A stretch of DNA of 64,000 nt, taken from positions 324,366 through 388,365 of the forward strand of contig CBDBEU010000005.1 of NCBI GenBank assembly GCA_965204565.1, in the 5' to 3' direction. A program made the position numbers and the translations under genes. Under the pieces are notes generated by a model. The model had not been told where the DNA came from. It saw nothing but the letters and a program-made list of their open reading frames with translations, and searched no databases. This document shows positions 38,686 to 49,300 of this stretch, in pieces. The first letter of the stretch is position 1, and each line of letters begins with the position of its first letter. This DNA comes from Hyphomicrobiales bacterium (GTDB lineage: Bacteria > Pseudomonadota > Alphaproteobacteria > Rhizobiales > TMED25).

Positions 38686-39576
38686 ATGGACTGGCTGACC
38701 GAGTTTCCGTCAATGAACGCCGACAGTCTTCGGGCGTTGAAAAAGGCAATCGACGGTGGTTTTCGTGACTTTACCCGCTCATATGGTGTCTCCATCGAGT
38801 ACGCCTTCGAGCCGGTCAAGTTCTTCCTGATCGAATCGGAAAGATTTCTCACGACGACGCCCTGGCCGATCATCATGGGGCTGATCGCACTGATTGCCTG
38901 GATCGCCAGCCGTGAGATCAAGATTGTCGCCGGCACGGTGATCACGCTGTTCCTGATCGGTTATTTCGACATGTGGGACAACACCATGAAGACGGTGTCG
39001 ATGACATTCGTTTGCACTGTCCTGTCGATCGTGATCGGCATTCCTGTGGGCATTGCGATGTCGCGCTCAGATCGCCTGCAGAGTATCGTCACCCCAATTC
39101 TCGACGTAATGCAGACAATGCCGAGTTTTGTCTATCTGATCCCGGTGGTCATGCTGCTCGGCATCGGAAAGGTGCCGGGATTGCTGGCGGTGGTGATTTA
39201 CGCCATCCCGCCGATTATCCGCCTCACCAATCTCGGCGTTCGCCTGGTTGACCGCGATGTGCTCGAAGCTGCCGACGCCTACGGGTCGTCAAGTTGGCAG
39301 AGACTGCGCAACGTTCAGATGCCGCTGGCGCTGCCCACCATCATGGCCGGCATCAACCAGACGATCATGATGGCTCTGGCCATGGTTGTCGTCGCCTCGA
39401 TGATCGGGGTGCAGGGCCTTGGCCAACCGGTACTCAAGGCGATTGCCAATCAATATTTCACTCTGGGCGTATTCAATGGCCTTGCCATTGTCGGCGTCGC
39501 CATCATTTTCGACCGCGTCAGCCAGGCATATGGAGGGCGGCTTCAGGGACATCAGGAAATTGTCCATGGCCACTAA
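38686..39576 (+). CDS. proW: glycine betaine/proline ABC transporter permease
   Basis: 296 aa. BPD-type permease with the EAA-like loop (EAADAYGSSSWQRLRNVQMPLALP). Confidence 0.85.
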   Translation: MDWLTEFPSMNADSLRALKKAIDGGFRDFTRSYGVSIEYAFEPVKFFLIESERFLTTTPWPIIMGLIALIAWIASREIKIVAGTVITLFLIGYFDMWDNTMKTVSMTFVCTVLSIVIGIPVGIAMSRSDRLQSIVTPILDVMQTMPSFVYLIPVVMLLGIGKVPGLLAVVIYAIPPIIRLTNLGVRLVDRDVLEAADAYGSSSWQRLRNVQMPLALPTIMAGINQTIMMALAMVVVASMIGVQGLGQPVLKAIANQYFTLGVFNGLAIVGVAIIFDRVSQAYGGRLQGHQEIVHGH

Positions 39577-40636
39577 AACCGGAATTGAAATCCGCGCGCT
39601 GTACAAGATTTTTGGCAGCGATCCGCTTGCTCATATCGACGCCATCAAGGGCGGGCTCAGCAAGGCCGATCTGCTCGATCAATACGACCATGTGCTGGGT
39701 CTCAAGGACATCAACATCACCATGGCCCCCGGCCAGATCCAGGTGGTGATGGGGCTGTCGGGTGCGGGCAAGTCAACGCTCATTCGCCATATCAACCGTC
39801 TGATCGATCCAACTGTCGGCGAGGTGATTGTCTGTGGGGTCGACGTGGCGAAAATGAATACCCGCGAGTTGCGCGAGTTCAGGCGCAACCAGACGGCGAT
39901 GGTATTCCAGAAATTCGCACTGCTGCCCCATCGTACTGTAGTCGACAACGTCGTCTACGGGCTTGAGGTGCGCGGGCTACCTCGCGATGAGCAGCAGGCT
40001 GCCGCACGCCACTGGATCGACCGGGTCGGGCTTTCGGGCTTTGAGGAAAATTACCCGAACCAGCTATCGGGCGGCATGCAGCAGCGTGTCGGGCTGGCGC
40101 GGGCGCTGACCAACGATGCGCCGATCCTGTTGATGGATGAGGCGTTCTCCGCCCTCGATCCGCTGATCAAGATGGATATGCAGACGATCCTGCTCGATTT
40201 GCAGAACGAGATCAAAAAGACCGTTGTGTTCATCACCCACGATCTCGACGAGGCGCTGCGCCTTGGCGACAACATCGCCATCCTGCGAGACGGCGAAGTG
40301 ATTCAGCAGGGAACCGGCCAGGAAATCGTGCTTGAGCCGACCGACGCCTACATTTCCAATTTCGTCAAGGGTGTCAATCGCGGACGCGTCATCCAGGCGG
40401 AGACGATCATGGAACCGCTGGAGCAGCGCGCCAAGCCGGAAGGTCCGGCGGTCGAGGCCGATGCCTATTTGGAGGACGCAGCCAAATTAATGACCGATGA
40501 CGGGTGTAACATCGCCCATGTGATCAATGACAAGGGCAAACCGACCGGCGTACTCACGCTGCCCGACGTGATCAATGCGATGGTGACACCGGCAACCCAT
40601 GACGAGGACGAGAAAGTACCGGAAGCGGCTGAATAA
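39566..40636 (+). CDS. proV: glycine betaine/proline ABC transporter ATP-binding protein with C-terminal CBS region
   Basis: ATG 39566 overlaps the proW end. Walker A GLSGAGKST, LSGGMQQRV, LLMDEAFSALD. Confidence 0.85.
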   Translation: MATKTGIEIRALYKIFGSDPLAHIDAIKGGLSKADLLDQYDHVLGLKDINITMAPGQIQVVMGLSGAGKSTLIRHINRLIDPTVGEVIVCGVDVAKMNTRELREFRRNQTAMVFQKFALLPHRTVVDNVVYGLEVRGLPRDEQQAAARHWIDRVGLSGFEENYPNQLSGGMQQRVGLARALTNDAPILLMDEAFSALDPLIKMDMQTILLDLQNEIKKTVVFITHDLDEALRLGDNIAILRDGEVIQQGTGQEIVLEPTDAYISNFVKGVNRGRVIQAETIMEPLEQRAKPEGPAVEADAYLEDAAKLMTDDGCNIAHVINDKGKPTGVLTLPDVINAMVTPATHDEDEKVPEAAE

Positions 40637-40645
40637 GCCGGTGCG

Positions 40646-41448
40646 ATGACGTCAACATTGGTCGCCTCTCCCGCGCGTGAAGTGTTGATCGGGAACTACC
40701 AGCCCTTCTGCGTCATCGGTGAGCGCATCGATCCGAGCGGAAAACCGCAACTTGCCGCCGCCATGGCGGCCGGTGACCTGCCGTTCATTCAAGCGCAAGC
40801 GCTTGGACAGGTTAAAGCCGGCGCTGCCATTGTCGATATCAATGCCGGCCTACCTGTGGCAAATGCGGTGAAGACGAAAGCCGTTCGTCTGGCTGGCGCT
40901 ATCGAGGCGGTTCAGGAGATCACCGATGTACCGCTTGCCATCGACTCCACCGACCCTGCGGTGCTTGCGGACGGGCTTGATGTCTGCCGCGGCCGGCCGC
41001 TGCTCAATTTGGTGAGCGGAGATGAGGACAGGCTTTAGCGCCTCCTGCCGTTCGCGCGCAGGCATGGCGTTGCGGTGATAGCGCTCTGCCACGACGACAC
41101 CAGCATATCCGACAGTCCCGAGGTTCGGTTCTCCATCGCCCGCAAGATCATTACACGTGCGTCAGATTATGGCATCGCGGCGCATGATGTGATCGTCGAT
41201 CGCCTGGTTCTGCCAGATGGTGTACCGGGTTCAATCGGCGCACAGGTCTTCCCCCTCATCCGCCGGCTTGGCCAAGGGCTCAAGGTCAACACCACATGCG
41301 GCGCAACGCTGCGTTTCTCCGCTCTGCGGTCAGGGCTGGCCTGACTGCTGCGATCGTGAACCCTCTCAGTCGACTTGAAATGGATGTCGTGCGAATGCCC
41401 GATCATGCTGCCAGCAGCTCATTTCCCTTGGGCGCAAAAACCGGTTAG
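40646..41448 (+). pseudogene. pterin-binding (methyl-H4folate:corrinoid methyltransferase-like) gene with an in-frame TAG and a frameshift
   Basis: IGERIDPSGKP...AGAAIVDINAG...DVPLAIDSTDP...LLNLVSGDEDRL-TAG(41036)-RLLPFARRHGVAVIAL...NTTCG. The frame then changes near 41300 to reach NAAFLRSAVRAGLTAAIVNP...* at 41446-41448. Confidence 0.7.
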
Positions 41449-41536
41449 AGCTTGCTTGATTGGCGAGGGGACAGGCGCCCGCATTCTTTTGCGTGAGCTC
41501 ACGCCAATGTCGTGCAGCAACTGTCCAGACAGGGCC

Positions 41537-42790
41537 ATGAAATCGACCGCCACCACCCTCGGCATGTTCGCCTTCGGATATTTTCTGGCGGTGATATTCC
41601 GCGCGATCAATGCCCTGATTGCCCCCAATCTGGTGAGCGATCTCGGACTTGATGCAACAGCACTCGGCCTGCTCACCTCAGCGCTTCTGATTGCGCATGG
41701 CGCCTCGCAAATCCCGATCGGCGTGGCGCTTGACCGCTACGGTCCACGCCGGGTGCAGGCTGCAATGCTGTGCTGCGCAGCGCTCGGCGCCTTTCTGTTC
41801 TCGATCGCCCCCGATGCAATCACTCTTACATTCGCCCGCGCCCTGATCGGCGCCGGGTTTGCCGGCGCATTGATGAGCGGTTTCAAGGCTGTGACAATGT
41901 CCGTGCCAAGCCCGCGCCAGGCGCTTGGAAATGCAGTGGTCATGGGCGGTGGACAGATTGGCTACATCATCGCCACCTGGCCGACAGAGGTGGTGGTGGG
42001 CCTGGTTGGCTGGCGGCCGGTGTTCGCAGGCCTGGCCGTGACAACGCTCATTGCCTCGGTGGTCTATCTGATGATTGTTCCAGAATGGTCCTCCTCCGGT
42101 CCGCCCCAGAAGAGGCGTGATCTGCTGACCGGGCTGAAGAACGTGTTTGCCGATCCGGTGGTCTGGCGCGTCGCACCGCTGATTTGGGTAACGGCCGGCT
42201 TCAACATCGCCATGCTCACACTATGGGCCGGGCCCTGGTTTCGCGACGTGGCCGGCTATGACCGCGGCGCGGTGGCGACCGGTCTGCTCATCAACGCAAC
42301 GGCGGCGGCAAGTGGTGTTTTCATCTGCGGCTGGATCGCCGACCGCGCCCAGCGTCGCGGCATCGGGCTGTTGAGCGTGATGAAGGTGTTGCTGCTGGTG
42401 TTTCTGGCGGTTCAAATTCCGATCATCTTCGGGCTCACAGCAGTCACACCCATTGCCTGGTTCATTTTTGCCGGGACCGGCCAGGCTGGCATCCTTTCCT
42501 ATCCTTGGCTTGCGGCCCATTTCGGCAAAGGGGCGTCATCGCGCGCCCAGACCGGCGTCAATACCGGCATTTTCGTGGTCGCTTTTGCCGTCCAATATGC
42601 CGCCGGCGCGGTGATCGACCTGTTCGATCCGACACTTGGCGGTGGATATGAGCCAGTCGCCTATCAGTTGAGCTTTGCCAGCGTTTTCGCGCTTGAAGTA
42701 GCAGCGTTGATCTGGTTCCTTTCAGGCCGGAAAATGCTTGCAGACAGCCACCACGGGAGCCAGGCCGCTGCACCTGTCAAGACAGAGTAG
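41537..42790 (+). CDS. MFS transporter
   Basis: 417 aa from ATG 41537. 12 TM-like segments and GVALDRYGPRRV (MFS loop 2-3 motif). Confidence 0.8.
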   Translation: MKSTATTLGMFAFGYFLAVIFRAINALIAPNLVSDLGLDATALGLLTSALLIAHGASQIPIGVALDRYGPRRVQAAMLCCAALGAFLFSIAPDAITLTFARALIGAGFAGALMSGFKAVTMSVPSPRQALGNAVVMGGGQIGYIIATWPTEVVVGLVGWRPVFAGLAVTTLIASVVYLMIVPEWSSSGPPQKRRDLLTGLKNVFADPVVWRVAPLIWVTAGFNIAMLTLWAGPWFRDVAGYDRGAVATGLLINATAAASGVFICGWIADRAQRRGIGLLSVMKVLLLVFLAVQIPIIFGLTAVTPIAWFIFAGTGQAGILSYPWLAAHFGKGASSRAQTGVNTGIFVVAFAVQYAAGAVIDLFDPTLGGGYEPVAYQLSFASVFALEVAALIWFLSGRKMLADSHHGSQAAAPVKTE

Positions 42791-42913
42791 CGGCGGTCAG
42801 TCTCAATCGTGGCCGATAGCGCCTGATTGTACTCATGTCCAGCCAGACCTATAGATATCAACCTGCGTGCTGCTGTTCGTGGTCATCAACATCCCTTATT
42901 TGAGGTTCACTCG

Positions 42914-44179
42914 ATGCGCATTGAGCTTCTCTGCACTGGCGATGAAGTCCTGAGCGGCAAAATCGCCAACACCAATTTTTCCCACATTTCACGCCGCCTC
43001 GACGAAGTGGGGCTTGATGTGATTTGGGGCACCACGGTGGGTGACGATCGGGCGCGTCTGCTGGAGGCATTCAAGGCGGCCTCGACCAGAGCAGATGCGG
43101 TGATCGTCAATGGCGGACTTGGCCCCACGGTCGATGATCTATCCCAGGAGATCGCCGCGGAAGCTGCCGGAGACACTCTTGAAATAAACCAGGAATGGCT
43201 CGAGCGGATGGAGAAATTCTTCGCCGGGCGTGGGCGTCCGATGCCAGCCAACAACCGCAAACAGGCGATGCTGCCAACCACGTCGGAGATGATCAACAAT
43301 CCGGTCGGCACCGCCTGCGGTTTTGCGCTCGATATCGGCAACGCACGGTTCTTTTTCACCCCCGGTGTACCGCGCGAGCTGCACCGCATGCTTGACGATG
43401 AAATCATCCCGCGCCTCACTGCAATGACAGACGGCAGTACGATCAATTGGCTGAAACGCTTTCATTCTTTCGGCATCGGCGAATCGCGCGCTGATGCGCT
43501 GCTTGACGGTGTGGTCGATCTGGCACCTGACGGCGGGGTCAAGCTCGGCTTTCAGGCCCATTATCCTCAGCTTGAAACCAAGCTTGCGGTGCGCGGCGCC
43601 ACGCAAGAGGACGTGGAGCGCAATCTCGAACCGGTTGAAAGCGAAGTGCGCCGCAGGCTCGCGAACTTTGTGCTGGCAGAGGGCGATGAGACGCTGGAGG
43701 GCGTCATTCTCGACACGCTCGCCAGCGGCAGCATGCGCATCGCAGTCAGCGAACTTGCTACCAACGGCATGGTTGCCGGACGCCTTGCTGGCCATCGTGG
43801 CAAGGACGGCACCTTCAGGCGCGGTCTGTCTGCAAACCAGCTGGACGAAGTGTTTGCAGCCCTCGGCAGCAACGAGCGGCATGATAACGTCAGTTCTGAG
43901 GCGGCACAAAATGCAGCTCGCGGCATTATGGAGCTTGCGGGAACCACCCATGGGCTGGCGGTTCTGGTCACGTTCGTTCCGGCGGCATCGGGCCAACGCG
44001 CCTCAGGCGCGATCGAGATTGCGGTTGCGACGCGTGACGCGGTTCACGCGCGTTCAGCCGAAATCGTCGGTGATGAACACCGCGCTCGCCTGGGGGCCGT
44101 GGAGATGGGGCTCGATTGTCTGCGCCGGCATCTCAAGGGTCTGCCGATCGAAGAGAGGGTGGATTTCGAAAAATCCTGA
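42914..44179 (+). CDS. cinA: CinA-family competence/damage-inducible protein (MoCF-binding domain plus PncC-like domain)
   Basis: 421 aa. MRIELLCTGDEVLSGKIANTN and VIVNGGLGPTVDDL. Confidence 0.8.
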   Translation: MRIELLCTGDEVLSGKIANTNFSHISRRLDEVGLDVIWGTTVGDDRARLLEAFKAASTRADAVIVNGGLGPTVDDLSQEIAAEAAGDTLEINQEWLERMEKFFAGRGRPMPANNRKQAMLPTTSEMINNPVGTACGFALDIGNARFFFTPGVPRELHRMLDDEIIPRLTAMTDGSTINWLKRFHSFGIGESRADALLDGVVDLAPDGGVKLGFQAHYPQLETKLAVRGATQEDVERNLEPVESEVRRRLANFVLAEGDETLEGVILDTLASGSMRIAVSELATNGMVAGRLAGHRGKDGTFRRGLSANQLDEVFAALGSNERHDNVSSEAAQNAARGIMELAGTTHGLAVLVTFVPAASGQRASGAIEIAVATRDAVHARSAEIVGDEHRARLGAVEMGLDCLRRHLKGLPIEERVDFEKS

Positions 44180-44202
44180 AGGCTTGTCCGAACCGGGCAG
44201 CG

Positions 44203-45054
44203 CTATGCCTGATCGAGCTGGCCGATCAGCTCGCGCAGCTTGCCGGCGGCGATGTCGGGTGCCTCGATTGCAGCCAGATGCCGGGCACCTTCAACCACCT
44301 CGAAGTTGGCTCCAGGAATGCCGTCGCGCAAAGCCGTGGCCATGGCGATCGGTGTGGCGAAATCCTTGCGGCCAACAAGGACTGATACCGGAACCTCGAA
44401 ATCGTCCAGAACATCGCGCAAATCGCATGCGCCTAACATCATGCAGGCCTCGCGATAAGCCTCAACGTCATTGGCGGCAAACACCTGCATGATGGCTTCG
44501 ACCGTTTCCGGGTTCGATTTGATGAAGGCATCGGAAAACCAGCGCATGCGGTTGAAATCGATCAGCGAGCGTATACCGACATCAACCGCCTTGTCGGCGC
44601 GGTCGGCCCAGGCTTCGGCAGCGCCCGGTCCGAACCAGGCGGTGGTATCCATCAATGCCAGCGCATCAAGCCGGTCGCCATAGGCAGCAGCAAAGGCCAG
44701 TGCCACGCAACCGCCAAGCGAAGCACCTCCGATAATCGCAGTGTCCCAACCGATTTCATCCATAATATCGGCAAGATCGGCGGCAAATTGCTCGACTGAA
44801 TAGGGACCGGCCGGCTTTTCGGATCGACCATGGCCGCGGCAGTCCATGGCAATGATTTCAGCACTGCCATTCAGCCGCTCTGCAACCGGGCGCCAAAAGT
44901 TCGAATCAAGCCCCAGCGGGTGCAACAGAGCAATCCGGGTAGATGGATCCGGCACCTTCCAGTGTTCATAGACGATGGTGATTCCGTCGCGGGTTTGGGC
45001 GTCGGCCTTTATGCTGCCGCCACCATCAATACCAGTCGCCTGGACGCCGGTCAT
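44203..45054 (-). CDS. alpha/beta-fold hydrolase (3-oxoadipate enol-lactonase-like)
   Basis: 283 aa. HPLGLDSNFW, DCRGHGRS, nucleophile elbow GASLGG. Confidence 0.8.
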   Translation of the reverse strand: MTGVQATGIDGGGSIKADAQTRDGITIVYEHWKVPDPSTRIALLHPLGLDSNFWRPVAERLNGSAEIIAMDCRGHGRSEKPAGPYSVEQFAADLADIMDEIGWDTAIIGGASLGGCVALAFAAAYGDRLDALALMDTTAWFGPGAAEAWADRADKAVDVGIRSLIDFNRMRWFSDAFIKSNPETVEAIMQVFAANDVEAYREACMMLGACDLRDVLDDFEVPVSVLVGRKDFATPIAMATALRDGIPGANFEVVEGARHLAAIEAPDIAAGKLRELIGQLDQA

Positions 45055-45213
45055 AGGTCATCATCCCTTACAGTTGCCTTCGCCAAGTGAGCCCCGCGCG
45101 CGCGCAAGAAATACTACCGGCGTGGCAACCGACGCCAGCAAATAAACGTCTATTCAACCACATGATCAAGCAACACTTACCGAGATCTGTCCAATTGCGT
45201 GGATATCGGTACC

Positions 45214-46278
45214 TCAGGCAGCGACTTTCACCTCCGCCTGCAAAAGCGCCAGGTTGGAAGGATCGAGCTCGATCTGGCCTTTGTGTGTGCGCCGCGCAAT
45301 CTCGCAGACAGCGTGGTTGAACGGGGTTGGAATGCCCAGTCGCGCGCCCTCCAACACCACACGGCCATTGATGAACTCGATCTCGCTGCGCCGTCCCTTG
45401 GCGTGGTCCTGGACGGCATGAGTTCGCGCATTGGGGCCGACATCCTTGACCATCTTGGTCATCACCGTGGTGATTGCCTCATCGCTGTCATTGGAGATCT
45501 GCTCATTGGTCAAACCAAACAACGGCTCGATACAAAACCCCATGGCTTTGCCGACGGTGAAGGACTCCTTGCCGCATTCAACCGAAAACTCGAACATGCC
45601 GGGCAGCTTAACCGCTTCCCAGTTCTTCATGCCGAGGGAGGAAAACGGACACGTCATCGAATTGGCGATCAGCTTGGTCCATTTGGCACCGTAGATATTG
45701 TCGGTGGTCTCGCAATTGCCGACATGCTTCATCAGCGACTGCACCTCAAGAAGACGCGGTGTGGTCGAGCTGTCGAGCTCGCCAACTGAAAACCAGGTGC
45801 CGGTGGGAACCGTATTTCGCTGCACCATGCCGGGGGTAAAGATCTCGCATGAAAGCTCGACCACACAGCCCATGGTGCGTTCACGCCCCACCATTTCGGC
45901 ATTGGCGTCGTCGTTGAAGGCATTCTGCAGACCGACAAGAACACCATCGAGCTTGAGATATGTGGAGATGTACTTGGCCATCCACTGGGTATCGTAGGAT
46001 TTCACCGTAATGAAGGCGATATCGAACTCGGGCTCGAAGGTCGCAAGCTCGCACAGATGGCAGGACTTCACTTTTGTGGTGGTATCGTCTTCCTTGGTGA
46101 CGATGCGCACGCCGTTCTGCTTCATCGTGTCAATGTGCTGGGGCCATTGATCGACGACAGTGACATCCTCACCGGCGGCGGTCAGAGAGGCGGCCACACA
46201 GGAGCCAATGGCACCTGCACCGACGACGGCAATTTTCTTTCCTATGAAGCCCTGACCTTTTGATTGCATGCTGTGCAT
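45214..46278 (-). CDS. ketopantoate reductase (ApbA/PanE)-family oxidoreductase
   Basis: IAVVGAGAIGS Rossmann start and C-terminal QDHAKGRRSEIEFINGRVV. Paralog of 51765-52793. Confidence 0.75.
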   Translation of the reverse strand: MHSMQSKGQGFIGKKIAVVGAGAIGSCVAASLTAAGEDVTVVDQWPQHIDTMKQNGVRIVTKEDDTTTKVKSCHLCELATFEPEFDIAFITVKSYDTQWMAKYISTYLKLDGVLVGLQNAFNDDANAEMVGRERTMGCVVELSCEIFTPGMVQRNTVPTGTWFSVGELDSSTTPRLLEVQSLMKHVGNCETTDNIYGAKWTKLIANSMTCPFSSLGMKNWEAVKLPGMFEFSVECGKESFTVGKAMGFCIEPLFGLTNEQISNDSDEAITTVMTKMVKDVGPNARTHAVQDHAKGRRSEIEFINGRVVLEGARLGIPTPFNHAVCEIARRTHKGQIELDPSNLALLQAEVKVAA

Positions 46279-46397
46279 ATTGTCGGCATTTCACGTGCCG
46301 CAATGCGGCGATTGTGCGGAATGGTCGGCATCATATGCGCCGCAGCGGCCATGCGGCAAGATCGCCTTGACACAGGAAACCGTGCGTTGCCAAGCCC

Positions 46398-49300
46398 TCA
46401 GCCGCTGGTGGGTGCGAAGGTCACAAGCAGATCCTTGGCATCGATCTGGGTGCCGGCGGCGGTGACAATTTCGGCAATCGTGCCGTCACGTTCGGCATGG
46501 ATCGCGGTTTCCATCTTCATCGCCTCGATGGTGAGAAGCACGTCGCCGGTTCTGACCTTCTGCCCCGCTTCCACGGCGATAGCGGAGACCACTCCGGGCA
46601 TGGGGGCCGGCACGTGGTCAGGATTTGCGGTATCGGCCTTTCGACGCCGCTCGGCATCAGCCTCAACCGAACGGTCCGGAACCTTGGCGGTACGCGGCTG
46701 GCCGTTGAGTTCGAAAAACACACGCGCCTCGCCGTCATCATCGCTCTCGCCGATCGCTTGGCAATCGATAATCAGCGTTACCCCGGGATCGAGATCAACG
46801 CCGATTTCCTCACCCGCCTGCATGCCATATAAGAATACCGGCGTCGGCAATGTGTGCAGCGGACCGTATTCGGCGCGCCGCAATGCGTAGTCGCAGAAAA
46901 CCTGCGGGTACATCAGATAGGAGTGGAACTCCTCGTCGGTAATTTCGCGGCCCACCTTCTCCTCAGCTTCGGATTTCGCGGCATCCAGATCGGCTGGTGC
47001 AAGCAAGGCCCCGGGACGGCCTTCAATCGGCACTTCACCCTTGAGCGCCTTTTTCTGCAGCGCCTCGGGAAAGCCGTTGGGGGGCCGGCCCAATTCGCCG
47101 CGCAGGAAGCTGACGACCGAAGCCGGAAACGAGAATTCCTTGTCAGGGTCCTCGACATCGGCGCGTGTGAGGCTGGCCGAAACCATAGCGATCGCCATAT
47201 CACCGACTACTTTCGAGGATGGCGTCACCTTGACGATATCGCCGAACATCTGATTGACGTCGGCGTAGGCGCGCGCGACTTCATGCCAACGCTCGGCAAG
47301 CCCCATTGAACGGGCCTGCTCCTTGAGGTTGGTGAACTGGCCGCCCGGCATTTCGTGCAAGTAGACTTCCGAGTTGCCGGCCTTGTTGTCGGCCTCGAAG
47401 GCGGCATATTGCACCCGCACAGCTTCCCAATAATCGCAGAATTCCCGGATGGTCGACGGGTCAAACCCGGTGTTGCGGTCACCGCCGCGCAGTGCCTCGT
47501 TCACCGAGCCGAAATTGGGCTGCGAGGTCATGCCCGACAGAGGATCCATGGCAAGGTCAACCGCATCGCAGCCGGCCACGGCGGCGGCAAGGACGGAGGC
47601 TGCCGATATGCCGCTGGTATCATGGGTGTGGAAGTGGATCGGCAGGCCGGTTTCTTCCTTCAACACCCGAACCAGTTCACGCGCCGCTGCGGGCTTGCAC
47701 AGCCCGCCCATGTCCTTGATGCCGAGAATGTGCGTTCCCGCATCGGCCAGTTCTCGCGCAAGCCCCACATAATATTTGAGATCGTAGGTGGCGCGCGCCG
47801 GATCGTTGAGATCGCCAGTGTAACAGATGGCCGCTTCGCACAGCTTTCCGGTTTCCAGCACCGCATCAATCGAAACGCGCATGTTTTCCACCCAGTTGAG
47901 GCAGTCAAACACACGGAAAACGTCGATGCCGGAGTCGGCTGCACGATGGACAAAACCGCGCACCACATTGTCTGGATAATTGGTGTAGCCGACCGCATTG
48001 GAGCCGCGCAGCAGCATCTGGAATAGCACGTTGGGGATCTTTTCGCGCAAGATCCCCAGCCGCTCCCATGGGCATTCGCCCAGAAAACGCATGGCGACAT
48101 CGAATGTCGCGCCACCCCAGCACTCAATCGAGAACAGATCGTTCAGGCGGTGTGCTGTCGCATCGGCAACCGCGGCCATGTCATATGTGCGCATGCGGGT
48201 GGCGAGCAGTGACTGATGGGCATCGCGCATGGTAGTGTCGGTCACCAGAAGGCGTTTTTCGGCCAGCATCCAACGCACAACGCCTTCTGGGCCTTCTCGG
48301 TCGAGTAGCGTTCTGGTGCCCTCCGGCGGGTCGGCGTGGGTGTATTCGGGCGGTTGGGGGGTGAGCGCGTGTTCTGGCGGACGCGGACGGCCGGCTGCTT
48401 CCGGATTGCCGTTGACGGAAACGTCGGCAATGAAATTGAGCAAGCGCGAAGCACGGTCGCGGCGGCGCGGAAAATCGAATAGCTCGGTGTGCTCGTCGAT
48501 AAACCTTGTGGTGTAGTCGGCGGCGCGAAAATTCGGGTGGGCAATCAGATTTTCCAGGAACACCAGATTGGTGGCAACGCCCCTGATACGAAACTCCCGC
48601 AATGCACGGTCCATGCGGGCAATCGATTCTTCGACCGTCGGCGCCCAAGCGGTGACCTTCTCAAGCAGAGAATCATAGTAGTGCGTGATGATCGCGCCCG
48701 AATAAGCGGTGCCGCCATCGAGTCTGATGCCAAAACCGGTAGCGCCGCGATAGGCGGTGATGCGGCCATAATCGGGCACAAAGTTTTCTTCCGGATCCTC
48801 GGTGGTAATGCGGCATTGCAGAGCGTGACCATTGCGCCGGATTTTCTCCTGCGGCGGAACGCCAGATGCCTCATCGCCGATTTTGGCCCCGTAGGCGATA
48901 CGGATCTGTGCCTTGACGATGTCGATACCGGTGATCTCCTCGCTCACCGTGTGCTCGACCTGGATGCGTGGATTGACCTCGATGAAATAAAATGCGCCGG
49001 TATCGGCATCCATCAGGAATTCGGCTGTGCCGGCATTTTGGTAACCGACCTTGCGGGCCAGCCGGCGCGCGCTTTCGCAAAGCTCAGCGCGGCGCTCCTC
49101 GTTGAGGTAGGGCGCAGGCGCGCGCTCCACCACTTTCTGGTTGCGCCGCTGCACGGTGCAATCACGTTCGAACAAATGCACCACTTGGCCGTGATGGTCG
49201 CCCAGTAACTGCACCTCGACATGGAGGGCGCGGCGCACCAGTTTTTCCAGATAAACCTCGCCATTGCCAAAGAAGCTTTCCGCCTCGCGCCGTCCGGCCA

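Noticed and set aside
41036-41038. In-frame TAG in a methyltransferase-pathway gene read as a possible pyrrolysine codon
   Set aside because: Pyl is known in MttB-type methylamine methyltransferases, not in pterin-binding modules. No pylTSBCD-like genes are seen. The same gene has an additional frameshift. TAG is used as an ordinary stop by intact genes here (e.g. 2875-2877, maf).
43139-44492. 285-aa minus-strand and 332-aa plus-strand ORFs overlapping cinA and the hydrolase gene
   Set aside because: Both overlap genes with clear family motifs. Their composition is Arg/Ala/Pro-rich and they have no recognisable domains.
46854-49208. Several 150-240-aa plus-strand ORFs (46854, 47355, 48489 and others)
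   Set aside because: All are antisense to the 3.4-kb pyruvate carboxylase gene and are mirror-frame artefacts. The same reasoning applies to 4348-5199, 50443-51024, 56018-56671 and 56457-57167.
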